Origin: an uncultured Gemmatimonadaceae bacterium
GTDB lineage: Bacteria; Gemmatimonadota; Gemmatimonadetes; Gemmatimonadales; Gemmatimonadaceae
Length of the DNA: 64,000 bases
Direction: 5' to 3'
Assembly: GCA_963716745.1 (NCBI GenBank)
Contig: OY970320.1
Location: forward strand, 2,496,001-2,560,000
Below, piece by piece: positions 19,796 to 30,213 of the stretch; the first letter of the stretch is position 1, and each line of letters begins with the position of its first letter. The notes under the pieces were generated by a model, which searched no databases, had not been told where the DNA came from, and was given only the letters and a program-made list of their open reading frames with translations. The position numbers and the translations under genes were made by a program.

Positions 19796-20722
19796 ATGTC
19801 CACGCTCGCCGAAGATGCCCTGGCCGCCGCCCCCGTGCGCGAGCGTGAGATCCCCGGCCCGTCGCTCACCGATCTGCTGCTCGTGACGATGAGCCTCATC
19901 TGGGGGATCAATTACACCGTCGTGAAGTACGGCACCAGCGTCATCGCGCCGCTCGCGTACAACGGCGTGCGCGTCACGATGGCCGCGGTGACGCTGCTCG
20001 CGGTCGTCTGGTGGACGAAACGTCCGCTCCCCTCGCGGCGCGACACGATCACGCTCCTCGCGCTCGGCGTGCTCGGCAACGGCATCTACCAGTTGCTCTT
20101 CATCGAGGGCGTCGCGCGCACGCGCGCCGGCGACGCCGCGCTCGTGCTCGCCGCGTCGCCGGCGTTCATCGCGATCTTCGGGCGCGTGCTCGGCGTGGAA
20201 CGCATCACCGCGCGCGGCGTCGTCGGCATCTTGCTCTCGCTCGCCGGCATGGCGTTCGTCGTGTACGGCCGGCAGATGGAATCCGGCGGCGGCGAAGCGA
20301 CGCTCACCGGCAACGCACTCGTGCTCTGCGGCTCGGTGGCGTGGTCGCTCTACAGCGTGCTGCTCAAGCCGCGCGCCGACCATCTCGACATCCTGTCGAT
20401 CTCGGCGTTCACGATGGCGGGCGGCGCGGTGGTGATGATCCTCGCCGGCATGCCGTCGATCGCGCACACCGACTGGCCCGGCGTCTCGGCCGTGACGTGG
20501 GCCGCGATGGTGTACAGCGGCATCTTCGCGCTCGTGATCGCGTACCTGTTCTGGTATCGCGGCGTGCAGGTGCTCGGCCCCACGCGCACCGCGATGTACT
20601 CGAACCTCCAGCCCGTGATCGCGCTCGGCGCCGCGTGGGCGTGGCTGGGCGAGGTGCCCACGCCGTGGCAGGCGCTCGGCGCCGGCACGATCATCGCCGG
20701 CGTCGTGCTGACGCGCACATGA
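19796..20722 (+). CDS. DMT/EamA family transporter
   Basis: About 10 hydrophobic segments, LIWGINY, NLQPVIA, LGE. Confidence 0.9.
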   Translation: MSTLAEDALAAAPVREREIPGPSLTDLLLVTMSLIWGINYTVVKYGTSVIAPLAYNGVRVTMAAVTLLAVVWWTKRPLPSRRDTITLLALGVLGNGIYQLLFIEGVARTRAGDAALVLAASPAFIAIFGRVLGVERITARGVVGILLSLAGMAFVVYGRQMESGGGEATLTGNALVLCGSVAWSLYSVLLKPRADHLDILSISAFTMAGGAVVMILAGMPSIAHTDWPGVSAVTWAAMVYSGIFALVIAYLFWYRGVQVLGPTRTAMYSNLQPVIALGAAWAWLGEVPTPWQALGAGTIIAGVVLTRT

Positions 20723-21405
20723 GGCTCGTGCTCTTCGACATCGACGGCACGCTGCTCTGGAGCGACGGTGCGGGGCGGCGGTCGATGACCGTCGCGCTCA
20801 CCGAGGCGGCGGGCTCGGCGGGCCCCGCCGGTTATCGCTACGATGGCAAGACCGACGGCCAGATCGTGCGCGATCTGCTCGTGGCGTGCGGCGTGGAGCC
20901 GTCGGAGATCGAAGCGATGATCCCGCGCGTCATCGCGCGGTATCTGGCGTTGCTCGCCGACGATCTGCGCGAGCGCCGGCTGCGCCTCTTCCCCGGCGTG
21001 GCCGATCTGCTCGATGCGGTGGACGCGGACACCGAGCTCACGCTCGGCCTGCTCACCGGCAACGTGCGCACGGGCGCGGAGCTCAAGTTGCGCGCGGCCG
21101 GCCTCGACTTCTCGCGGTTCCGCGTGGGCGCGTTCGGCTCCGATCATCATGACCGGCCCGAGCTGCCGGCGATCGCGCAGCGGCGCTTCGCGGAAACGCA
21201 CGGGCGGCCGGTGGCCGGCGATCGCGTGGTGGTGATCGGCGACACGCCGGCCGACATCGCGTGCGGGCGCGGGATCGGCGCGCGCGCGATCGCCGTGGCG
21301 ACGGGGCATTTCAAGGTGGACGATCTGGCGCAGCACGCCCCGGCGGCGGTGTTCGCGTCGCTCGAGGACACGGCCGCCGTCATGCGCGCGATCCGCGATG
21401 AGTGA
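20719..21405 (+). CDS. HAD-family hydrolase
   Basis: LFDIDGTL, LLTGN, VIGDTPADI. Confidence 0.9.
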   Translation: MRLVLFDIDGTLLWSDGAGRRSMTVALTEAAGSAGPAGYRYDGKTDGQIVRDLLVACGVEPSEIEAMIPRVIARYLALLADDLRERRLRLFPGVADLLDAVDADTELTLGLLTGNVRTGAELKLRAAGLDFSRFRVGAFGSDHHDRPELPAIAQRRFAETHGRPVAGDRVVVIGDTPADIACGRGIGARAIAVATGHFKVDDLAQHAPAAVFASLEDTAAVMRAIRDE

Positions 21406-22181
21406 CCCGGCGCCGCCGATCGCGGTGACGATCAACGGACTGTTGCGCGGCCACGAGCTGCAGGGCGGCGCGACGGTCGCGCTGCGCGGCGACCTGGTGG
21501 AACTCGTGACGCGTGCCGCGCGGCACACGCTGCCCGATCGCATCGCTCGACGGCGCCCGCGTGCACGAGAGCGGCGCGGTGGAGCTGTCGGTCGAGGGCG
21601 GCGACACGGTGATGCTCTTCGCGGGCATCAACGGCGCCGCATCGCTGCGCGCGCTCGCGGACGAGTTGCTGCGGCGCGCCTGCACGCTGCCCGAGTTCAC
21701 GCGCGCGTTGCGCGGGCTCGGCTCGCATCTCACGCGGCCGGGCGCGGACCACGACCGATTCTTCCGGCCGCTGCTCGAGGCGCGCCGCGGCGCCGAGCGG
21801 GCGGGGAATTTCGCAGGCGCGCGCGCGGCGTTCGATGCGGCGTCGCTCCGCGCCGCGTTCTCGCGGCGGCTGCGCGAGATGGCGCACGAGCGGTGGCCCG
21901 ACGAACCGCCGGAGCGGCGCGCGCTCGAGGCGGAGGCGGTGGACACCGCCGCGCCGCTGTTCAACGCGATCGCCGCACTGGAGGAGGAGCAGCGCGCGTT
22001 CGACGCCAGCGCCGATTTCGACCGCTTCGCGCGCTGGCGCGCATGGACCGCGGCGCTGCAGCGCGTGTTCGAGCGCGCCGACGAATCCTGGCTCGAGTTG
22101 CAGCCGGCGTTCGCCGCGGTGCCGGTGAAGCCGCGCGGATGGCGCCGGATCTTCCGGCGGCGGCGCGAGGCCGACGCATGA
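21398..22181 (+). CDS. Hypothetical protein (frameshift near 21540)
   Basis: Two ORF pieces (21398 and 21513 frames) join into one protein coupled to the HAD gene and acpS. Confidence 0.6.
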
Positions 22182-22561
22182 TCGCCGGCGTGGGGCTGGA
22201 TCTCGTGGACATCGCGCGCGTGCAGCGGCTCATCGCGGCGAAGGGCGACCGCGCGCTGCGCCGCCTGTTCACGAAGGGCGAGAGCGATTACGCGGCCACG
22301 CGGCCGCGCCCCTTCCTGCATCTCGCGGCGCGCGTGGCGGCCAAGGAGGCGACGTTCAAGGCGCTGTCGGCCGCCGACGGCGCGCGCGGCATCGGTTGGC
22401 GCGAGATGGAAGTAGTGACCGGCGCCGATGGCCGTCCGGCGCTCGCGCTGCACGGGCGCGCCAAGGCGTGCGCCGCCGCGCTCCACGTGACGCGCCTGCA
22501 TCTCACCCTCTCGCACAGCGAGACCACCGCCGGCGCGGTCGTGATCCTCGAGCGCGAATAG
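22178..22561 (+). CDS. acpS: Holo-ACP synthase
   Basis: MIAGVGLDLVDIAR, AARVAAKEATFKAL, HLTLSHS. Confidence 0.92.
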   Translation: MIAGVGLDLVDIARVQRLIAAKGDRALRRLFTKGESDYAATRPRPFLHLAARVAAKEATFKALSAADGARGIGWREMEVVTGADGRPALALHGRAKACAAALHVTRLHLTLSHSETTAGAVVILERE

Positions 22562-22564
22562 CCA

Positions 22565-23146
22565 ATGGACATGAACGCGCTGTTCGCGCTGCCGTGGGGG
22601 CCGCTGCTCATCTTCGGCCTGCGCATCTGCGACGTGTCGCTCGACACGCTGCGCGTGCTGTTCGCCGTGCGCGGCGCGCGCTGGGTCGCATCGGCACTCG
22701 GCTTCTTCCAGGCGCTCATCTGGATCTTCGCGGTGGGGAACGCGATGAAGCATCTCGACAGCGCGTGGCACATCCTCGGCTACGCGGGCGGATTCGCCGC
22801 GGGCACGCTCGTCGGCGTGATGATCGAGCAGTATCTGGCGTACGGTTTGGCGAGCGTGCACATCGTGTCGCGCCACGGGGGCGTGGAGATCGCGGAGGCA
22901 ATGCGCGAGCGCGGATTCGGCGTGACCGAGGTGCCGGGCTACGGGCGCGACGGCGGCGTGGAGTTCGTGCAGACCGTGGTGCAGCGGCAGTATCTGGATG
23001 ACATCTCGAAGATCGTGGAGCGGTGGGATCCGGATGCGTTCGTGACCGTGGAGGAGCCGCGGATCCTGCGCGGCGGGAGCATCGTGGGCCGCCGGAAGAT
23101 GAACTTCCCATGGCGCCAGGACCGGGGCGGCCGCGAGGGATCGTAG
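22565..23146 (+). CDS. DUF2179/DUF5698 membrane protein
   Basis: RICDVSLDTLR, YAGGFAAGTLVG, RERGFGVT, DPDAF. Confidence 0.8.
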   Translation: MDMNALFALPWGPLLIFGLRICDVSLDTLRVLFAVRGARWVASALGFFQALIWIFAVGNAMKHLDSAWHILGYAGGFAAGTLVGVMIEQYLAYGLASVHIVSRHGGVEIAEAMRERGFGVTEVPGYGRDGGVEFVQTVVQRQYLDDISKIVERWDPDAFVTVEEPRILRGGSIVGRRKMNFPWRQDRGGREGS

Positions 23147-23248
23147 CCGCAACAATCTCTCCCGCTGAAGCGTATCCCGTAGTACTATTCGCGGCGCTCG
23201 CCAATGGTGCGCGCGCCCCACGTGAACCCTGATCTTACGGAGACCCGC

Positions 23249-25540
23249 ATGCATGTTCGATCCGTCCATCTCGTGAGCGCTGCGGCGCTCGCGTTCTTCT
23301 CCCTTGGCGCGGCCCCCCGCGCGGCGCATGCCGCCGCCGTGGGCGACTCGCTGAAGGGCGTCGTGCACGACACCGCCGGCAAGCCGATCGACGCCGCGAC
23401 GGTCACGATCGTTGAGCTCTCGCGCACCGTCGGGAACGGCGCCGATGGCACGTTCGCTTTCCCCGGCATCGCGCCCGGCCGCTATACGCTCAGCGTGCGC
23501 CGCCTCGGCTTCGCGACCACGAGCGCGATCGTGAACGTTCCGATGACCGCACCCGTGGTGATCGAGATGCACGCGTCGGCGCTGCGCCTTGCACCCGTGA
23601 CGGTGACGGCGGCGCGCAAGCCGACCGATCCGATGAATTCTCCGATGCCCGCCGCGGATGTCCCCGCGGATGCGCTGCGTCGCGACGCCTCGGTGTCGCT
23701 CGCGCATGCGCTCGATGGCACCGCGGGCGTGCGCGACATCACGACCGGCCAGCAGGTGGGTACACCGGTCATTCGCGGACTCTCGGGCCCGAGCGTGCTC
23801 GTGCTCGACAACGGGCTGCGCCTCGAGGACTACTCGTGGAGCACCGAGGACGGCCCGTCGGTGGATCCGCGCACCGCGGAGAATGTCGAGGTCATTCGCG
23901 GCCCAGTGAGTCTCATGTACGGCTCGAACGCGCTCGGCGGCGTGATGAACGTGATCAATCCGCCGGTGCCGAACGCGATCGGCATCTCACCGTTCACGCA
24001 CGTGGGCGCGGAGATCTACGGCGCGACGAACAACAATGAGTACGGCGGCATCCTCCATCTCGAAGGCGCCGACGGCGGCTTCGGATGGCTCGCGACCGTG
24101 ATCGGCCGCAAGGCGGGGAATTTCCAGACGCCCGCCGGGAATCCGCAGACCCCCACCGGCGACATCTACGACACCGACTACAACGCGATCAACGGCAACC
24201 TCGCGGTCGGGATCACGAACGAGAAGTCGGCCTACGGCCTGCGCTTCGAGCACTATGGCGGCAACTTCGGATTGCTCGACGGGCCGCCGGTGGAAGAGGA
24301 CAATACGAGCGGCCCGCTCCGCAAGCTGCAGGACAATCGTCTGCAGGCGACGGGCGACTTCATCGCCGGCGATGCGACGCGCATCAATGCCAAGATCCAA
24401 TGGCAGGGTCACTCGCTCATCGAAGTCGTGGGCGACAGCCGCGTGGGCGATGAGCAGCCGCCGCTCGATCTCTACCTCAATACCTTCACGGCGGATGTCG
24501 CGCTGCACCAACAGCAGAGCCCGTTCCTCACGGGCACGATCGGCGTCTCCGGCATGTACCAGACGAACAGCACCAGCGGCACGGATCCGCTCATCCCGGA
24601 CGCGACGACGTACAACGCCGCGCTCTTCGCCTTCGAGAATTTCACGAAGGGGCAGTGGAGCTTCCTTGCCGGCCTCCGCGGCGACCTCGGCCAGGTGCAC
24701 GCGCAGGCGAACGAGGATCTGGCGCTCAATGCGCAGTCGCACCAGCAGAACGCGGTGACCGGCGACGCCGGCATCGTGTACCGGCCGAGGCCGCAGCTGG
24801 CGTTCTCGTTCAATGTCGGGCGCGCGTACCAGGCGCCGACGTATCTCCAGTATTTCGCGAACGGTCCGCTGCCGGCCGAGGGACAGTACCTCATCGGCTT
24901 GCCGACCGCGGTGCCGGAGGTCAGTCTCGATCTCGATGCCGGCGTCCGCTGGGAGAGTCCGAAGTTCAAGGCCGAGCTGTCGGTGTATCGCAATTCGGTG
25001 GATCACTATCTCTATATCCAGGCGACGGGCGACAGCATCGCGGTGCCGAACGACGAGGGCTGCTGCGACACGCTGCCGATCTATCAGACGAAGCAGACCT
25101 CGCACGCGACGCTCACCGGACTGGATCTCAGTGCCGAATGGGCGGCGATGCCGATCCTGACCTTCCGCGGCCGTTTCGATCTCGTGAACGGCACGAATGA
25201 CGCGACCAATTCGCCGCTCCCGCTCATGCCGCCGCAGCGCGGTGATCTCGAAGTGGAGCTGCACACGCCGGACACTCGCATGATGTACGTGTCATTCGGC
25301 ACGCACATCGTGGCCGCGCAAACGCGGCTGGCGGCGTACGATGTGCCCGAACCGGCCTATACGATCTTCGAAGCCGGCGCCGGTATCTCGCGCAAGCTGG
25401 GGAGCCGGTTGTATACGCTTGATATCCGCTGCACGAATCTGACGGATGTGACGTATACGGACTATCTGTCGAGATATAAGACGTTCGCGTATGCGCCGAG
25501 TCGGAATGTTATCTTCCGCCTTTCCATGCCGATCAACTGA
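23249..25540 (+). CDS. TonB-dependent receptor with N-terminal carboxypeptidase-regulatory-like domain
   Basis: Signal peptide, PVIRGL, VEVIRGPVSLMYGSNALGGVMN plug motif, C-terminal NLTD..Y. Confidence 0.9.
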   Translation: MHVRSVHLVSAAALAFFSLGAAPRAAHAAAVGDSLKGVVHDTAGKPIDAATVTIVELSRTVGNGADGTFAFPGIAPGRYTLSVRRLGFATTSAIVNVPMTAPVVIEMHASALRLAPVTVTAARKPTDPMNSPMPAADVPADALRRDASVSLAHALDGTAGVRDITTGQQVGTPVIRGLSGPSVLVLDNGLRLEDYSWSTEDGPSVDPRTAENVEVIRGPVSLMYGSNALGGVMNVINPPVPNAIGISPFTHVGAEIYGATNNNEYGGILHLEGADGGFGWLATVIGRKAGNFQTPAGNPQTPTGDIYDTDYNAINGNLAVGITNEKSAYGLRFEHYGGNFGLLDGPPVEEDNTSGPLRKLQDNRLQATGDFIAGDATRINAKIQWQGHSLIEVVGDSRVGDEQPPLDLYLNTFTADVALHQQQSPFLTGTIGVSGMYQTNSTSGTDPLIPDATTYNAALFAFENFTKGQWSFLAGLRGDLGQVHAQANEDLALNAQSHQQNAVTGDAGIVYRPRPQLAFSFNVGRAYQAPTYLQYFANGPLPAEGQYLIGLPTAVPEVSLDLDAGVRWESPKFKAELSVYRNSVDHYLYIQATGDSIAVPNDEGCCDTLPIYQTKQTSHATLTGLDLSAEWAAMPILTFRGRFDLVNGTNDATNSPLPLMPPQRGDLEVELHTPDTRMMYVSFGTHIVAAQTRLAAYDVPEPAYTIFEAGAGISRKLGSRLYTLDIRCTNLTDVTYTDYLSRYKTFAYAPSRNVIFRLSMPIN

Positions 25541-25574
25541 GTGCGAACGACTGATCATCACATGCGCATTCAAT

Positions 25575-25758
25575 GTTGCAGAAAACAGTAAACAGTCACG
25601 AGTGACTGCCAGTCAACAGCTCACAGTCAACAGGTCACAGAAAACGGATCACGATCGTGCGCGAATCACTGCGCCGAATCGTGATCCGTTTTCTGTGACC
25701 TGTGAGCTGTTGACTGTCGACTGGCGGTCACTCGTGACTGTTTACTGTTGACTGCAAC
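25575..25758. repeat. 81-bp-arm inverted repeat of CAGNNNA heptamers
   Basis: Arms 25575-25655 and 25678-25758 with a 22-nt loop, between convergent genes. Confidence 0.9.
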
Positions 25759-25775
25759 CCTCCCTGTCTGGTAGC

Positions 25776-27053
25776 CTACGCCGTTCGCTTGAGCAGTTTG
25801 TCGAGGAAATGCACATACTCGTCGAACTGCACATACGTAGAATGCCGATCGGTCTTCATATACCTCACCCCGCCCCGTAAATCCGGCGACTCCCCCCGCC
25901 GCATCGCGTCGAGTTTCGCGAACTTCTCTGGCGCCGAGGTCTTGAACGCAAGATATCGCGCGACCAACTCCGCCTGGCGGGAGACCACTGGATATGCTGC
26001 GCCATCCGTCTCGAACAGGCCGATCACGAACAGCCCGTCATAGTTCCTCGCGAACACATTGATCCACAGCCCCGCGGTGCCGCCCAACGTCACGCCGCCG
26101 GCGTCGAGGAACGGCATCGCGCTCGTATAGCCCGTGGCGTAGACGATCATATCGATCGCCTCCTCGCTCCCGTCGGTGAATCGCACGCGCCGGCCCTTTA
26201 ATTCCGCGATATCGGGCTTCACCGTCACATCGCCGTGCTGCAGCGCGTGCACGAGCTGACTGCTCACGATCGGGTGCGTCTCGAGCACCTTGTGATCCGG
26301 CTTCGGGACGCCGAATCGCGTCATGTCGCCCACCAGCATGCGCAGCAGCAGCGTGAGCGCGGGCTGCGCGATGCGCGGCGGGATGTGCGGGCCGCTGCGG
26401 AAGAACGCGTCGGTCGGCTGGCCGAAGATGTGCTTCGGCAGGAAATAATATCCGCGCCGCATTGAAAGGAACGCCGCGCTCCCGCGCGCCGCGGCGTCGC
26501 ACACGATGTCGCAGCCGGAATTCCCCGCGCCGACCACGAGCACGCGCTTGCCCTCGAATTGCGACGCGCGGTGATAGTCCCGCGAATGGATCATCTCGCC
26601 ATCGAAGTGCCCGGCGTACGCGGGCATTACCGGATCCCAATTGTGCCCCGGCGCGGCGATGAGCGCGGCATAGTCGCGGGTCGCGCCGCCGCGCAGCGTC
26701 ACCCGCCATCCGCCGTCCCGCGGCTCCGCGCGCTCCACGACGCTGCCGAACCGAATGTTCCCGCGCAGCGCATGATGCTCCGCGTACGCGCGGATGTACG
26801 CGAGGATCTTCTCACGCAATGGATAGTCCGCATACTCCGCCGGCATTGGGAATCCCTCGAACGCCGATTGCGTGCGCGAACTGATGAAGTGCGCGCTCTC
26901 GTACATCGGCGTGCCGGCGTTCTCCATGTCCCAAATGCCGCCCACGTCCCGATGCCGCTCGAGCACATCGAACGCGATCCCGTGCGCCTTGAGCGCCGCC
27001 GCGGCCGCGAGCCCCGACGGGCCGGCGCCGATCACACCGACGGTCGCGCTCAC
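25776..27053 (-). CDS. Flavin-containing monooxygenase (FMO/class B)
   Basis: VIGAGPSG, DVGGIW, FDGEMIHSRDY, VVGAGNSG, YATGY. Confidence 0.9.
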   Translation of the reverse strand: MSATVGVIGAGPSGLAAAAALKAHGIAFDVLERHRDVGGIWDMENAGTPMYESAHFISSRTQSAFEGFPMPAEYADYPLREKILAYIRAYAEHHALRGNIRFGSVVERAEPRDGGWRVTLRGGATRDYAALIAAPGHNWDPVMPAYAGHFDGEMIHSRDYHRASQFEGKRVLVVGAGNSGCDIVCDAAARGSAAFLSMRRGYYFLPKHIFGQPTDAFFRSGPHIPPRIAQPALTLLLRMLVGDMTRFGVPKPDHKVLETHPIVSSQLVHALQHGDVTVKPDIAELKGRRVRFTDGSEEAIDMIVYATGYTSAMPFLDAGGVTLGGTAGLWINVFARNYDGLFVIGLFETDGAAYPVVSRQAELVARYLAFKTSAPEKFAKLDAMRRGESPDLRGGVRYMKTDRHSTYVQFDEYVHFLDKLLKRTA

Positions 27054-28397
27054 TGCAGGCCGATCGCGATCGCGATGTAGATCGCCACCAGCGCGCCGGC
27101 CGACGAGGATCGCCACCAGCGGCAGCGCGAAGCGCATCCACTTGTCGAACGGCACCCCCGCCGCGGCGATCACCGCCATCAACGCGCCATTCGTGGGCGT
27201 GAGCAGCTCGCACATCCCCGCGCCCGTCTGGTACGCGAGTACGGTCACCTGCCGCGACAGGCCGAGCAGATCCGACAGCGGCACCAGCACCGGCATGGTC
27301 AGCGCCGCCTGTCCGCTCACGCTCGGCACCGCCACGTGGATCAATCCCTGCACGGCCACCATGCCGGTGGCGCTCGCCGCAATGGGGAGATGCGCGAGCG
27401 GCGTGAACAGCCCGTGCACGATCGTGTCCATCACGTGCCCTTGCTCGAGCACGACACTGATGACACGCGCGAAGCCGATCAGCATGCTCGCGTATGCCAT
27501 CGACCGGAATCCTTCCGCGAACCCCTCGGCCGTGCCGCCGGCGCCGAGTCCGCCCACCAAGCCGCCGGCGATGCCGAGCCCGAGGAAGAGCGCGCCCATC
27601 TCCTCGAAGCCCCAATTCCCGAGCGTGACGCCCCAGACGAACACGCCGAGCAGAACGACCGTGAGCACCATCACCGCGCGCGTGCGCGCCGGCGACGTGC
27701 CGGAGGGCGGCGGATCGGCCATTTCCACACGCGCGCCGCGCGTGCGCACCGCGTGCCGCATCGTGGCCGTGATCCAGAGCGCCATCGCGAGGACGAGCAT
27801 CACGAAGCGGAATCCGCTGGCGGAGCCCACCGGCAATCCAGCGAGCTTCTGCGCGATCACCGCCTGAAAGGGATTGATCGGGCTGAAGGCCGAACCCACC
27901 ATCGCGGCGCCGACGCTCATCGCCGCCGCGGTGAGCGCATCGAAGCCCGCGCGCCGCGTCACGAACAGGAGAATGGGAATGAGCGCGATGATCTCCTCCT
28001 GCATGTTCTCCACCGCGCCGAGGAATCCGAACACGACGCAGAACACCGGGATCGCGAGCGTCTCGCGCGGCCCGAGCACGCTCGCGAGTCCGTCCACCGC
28101 GCTGCGCAGCGCGCCGGTGCGGTCGAGCACGAGCAGCGCGCCGCCGGCGAGGAAGACGAAGAAGATCACATCCGCTCCCGCCTCGATCCCTTTGGGCACC
28201 GCCACGAGCGCGCCCAGCGCGCTCACCGGCGCGGCGGCCACCGCGTGATACGTGCCGTTCACGACCACGGTCTTGCCGCTCGCGGGATCGTCGCGCCGTT
28301 CGTACGCGCCGGCCGGAAGGATCCACGTGAGCCCCGCCGCGAGGAAGATGCCGACGGTGAGCAGCACGAGCGGATGGGGCATCGTGAACTTTTTCAT
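27050..28397 (-). CDS. YfcC/DcuC-like membrane transporter (frameshift near 27095)
   Basis: MPHPLVL, PAGAYER, NPFQAVIAQ, PSVSGQAALTMP, LTPTNG. Confidence 0.85.
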
Positions 28398-28430
28398 AGC
28401 GCAGAATGTGCCCGCGGTGCCGCGGTCACG

Positions 28431-29129
28431 CTATCCCCCGGCGCGCCCCATTCCGAACCGTGTGAAGATCCGCTCGGCAGTCAGCGGCCCGCCGTGCCCC
28501 ACGTAGAGCGTGCGCGCGCCCGCCGCGAGCACGGCGCGCAGCGAGCGCTTGGCGTCGACATCGTCGTCCTGGAAATACGCAACGTTCGGCACGCTCCGGC
28601 GCACGAGTCCGCCGAGGAATCCGCCCATGAGCAGATCGCCCACTACCGCCTCGCCGCTCGGCAAGATGAGCGAGATCGAGCCGGCCGTGTGGCCCGGCGT
28701 CTCCATCACGCGCGCATCGAGTCCGAATTCCTGCAGAGAGCGCGGACCGTCGAGGACGAGATCGGGATGCGCGGGCTCGCCACGCGTGGCCTGCACGATG
28801 GGCGCAGCGAGCCGGGCGATGAATCCCGTGGGGCGGAGCGGGGCATTCTGTCCGAGCCGGAGCATCTCCGCGTCCGCCGCGTGGATCGCGATCGGCGCTC
28901 CCGTGCGGCGGCGGATCTCCGCGGCGGCGCCAGTGACGGGCAGGTGGCCGTGCGTGAGCAGGATGAGCGCGAGCGTATGCGGCTCGACCCCTTTGCCGCG
29001 GATCGCCGAGAGGATGCGGTCGGCGTCGCCCTGAGCGCCGGCGTCCACGAGGATCGGCCGCTCGCCCCGAATGAGATACGCGTTCGAGAGAGCGAGCCGG
29101 AGCGTGTGAACGCTGGCGTGGTCGGGCAT
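28431..29129 (-). CDS. MBL-fold metallo-hydrolase
   Basis: LVDAG, LTHGH (the following DH is absent and reads LPV), TPGHT, GD, VGHG. Confidence 0.8.
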   Translation of the reverse strand: MPDHASVHTLRLALSNAYLIRGERPILVDAGAQGDADRILSAIRGKGVEPHTLALILLTHGHLPVTGAAAEIRRRTGAPIAIHAADAEMLRLGQNAPLRPTGFIARLAAPIVQATRGEPAHPDLVLDGPRSLQEFGLDARVMETPGHTAGSISLILPSGEAVVGDLLMGGFLGGLVRRSVPNVAYFQDDDVDAKRSLRAVLAAGARTLYVGHGGPLTAERIFTRFGMGRAGG

Positions 29130-29205
29130 TCTCTGGATACGTTGCCGAACTGCAGACTTAGACGCTAGACTGAGACGTTAGAAGGCAACTGCACAGGAGC
29201 GGCTC

Positions 29206-29592
29206 ATGGCGAACTCCATCAAGCAAAAAGTCATTCTCAAAGCACGGCCGGCGGTGGTGTACCGGATGCTCACGAATGCGCGCGCGCACGCGAAGTTCAC
29301 AGGTGCGCCGGCGAAGATCGAGGCGCGCGCGGGCGGCGCATTCAATGTGTGGGGCGGGTACGTGCTCGGGTTCAACATCGAGCTCGTGAAGAACAAGCGG
29401 ATCGTCCAGGCGTGGCGCGGCTCGGACTGGCCGAAGGGTGTGTGGTCGGTGGTGACGTACGAGCTGCGGCCGAAGGCGGGCGGTAAGACGGAGATCATCT
29501 TCTCGCAGCACGGTGCGCCGGCGTCGCAGGTGCCGCATCTGCGGAAAGGCTGGAAGTCGAGCTACTGGGATCTCATGAAGGCCGCGATCTAG
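29206..29592 (+). CDS. SRPBCC/AHA1-like domain protein
   Basis: GGAFNVWGG, KRIVQAWR, GWKSSYW. Confidence 0.85.
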   Translation: MANSIKQKVILKARPAVVYRMLTNARAHAKFTGAPAKIEARAGGAFNVWGGYVLGFNIELVKNKRIVQAWRGSDWPKGVWSVVTYELRPKAGGKTEIIFSQHGAPASQVPHLRKGWKSSYWDLMKAAI

Positions 29593-30127
29593 CGCGCCAT
29601 TCGTGGGCGGCGATCGCGCGGAGCATGGCCTCTTCTGCGCGATCGCCTTTGGAGACGGTCACGGGCTCGACGTCGCGCATCCCGATCTTCTCGAGCACGC
29701 GACCGGAGGCTGGATTGCGAATGAAATAGCGTGCGGTGAGGCGTTCGAGCGACCACGCATCGCTGAAGGCGTGTGCGACCATGGCCCCCGCCGCTTCCGT
29801 CGCATAGCCACGCCCCCAGTGCGGCACGCCCACCCAATAGCCGAGTTCCCCCTCTCGACCGCCCTCGGCGATCTCAATGCCGATCGCGCCGACGAGCGCG
29901 CCGCTCCGCCGCTCCGTGATCGCGAACACCGTCGCGACGCGTGCGTCGACGAGCGCCAGGTGCATCGCGATCCACGCGCCGCCGCCACCGGCGGGATAGG
30001 GATGCGGGATGCGCAGCGTCGTGTCGGCGACCTCCCACGCGCTGGCCAGCCTCTCGACGTCTGCGGCATCGTTCGGCGCGAATCTGCGAAGCAGGAGCCT
30101 CTCTGTTGTCAGCAGTGTGTCTAGCAT
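29573..30127 (-). CDS. GNAT acetyltransferase (RimJ/RimL family)
   Basis: TERLLLR, ELGYW...WGRGYATEA, NPASGRVLEKIGM. Confidence 0.88.
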   Translation of the reverse strand: MLDTLLTTERLLLRRFAPNDAADVERLASAWEVADTTLRIPHPYPAGGGGAWIAMHLALVDARVATVFAITERRSGALVGAIGIEIAEGGREGELGYWVGVPHWGRGYATEAAGAMVAHAFSDAWSLERLTARYFIRNPASGRVLEKIGMRDVEPVTVSKGDRAEEAMLRAIAAHEWRARSRPS

Positions 30128-30153
30128 GGAACAATGATACGCCGAGGCAGGCA

Positions 30154-30174
30154 ACAGCCGACAGCCGACAGCCC
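30154..30174. repeat. Tandem heptamer (ACAGCCG)x3
   Basis: Read directly, in a divergent intergenic region. Confidence 0.7.
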
Positions 30175-30213
30175 ACCCTTCCGCACTCTTGCCTGCGCCC
30201 CTAGTTCTCCCCG

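Noticed and set aside
18057..22561. Apparent fusions Zn-finger/DmpA and hypothetical/AcpS
   Set aside because: Both are explained by single indels, and the downstream genes have their own overlapping starts.
23147..23248. Cobalamin or other riboswitch before the TonB receptor
   Set aside because: The region is only about 100 bp and no conserved B12-box or other aptamer motif was recognised.
25776..28397. Apparent 873-aa YfcC transporter-FMO fusion
   Set aside because: The linker is off-frame junk (GRRAGGDLHRDRDR). A one-base correction ends YfcC at a GTGA overlap (27050-27053) with the FMO start.
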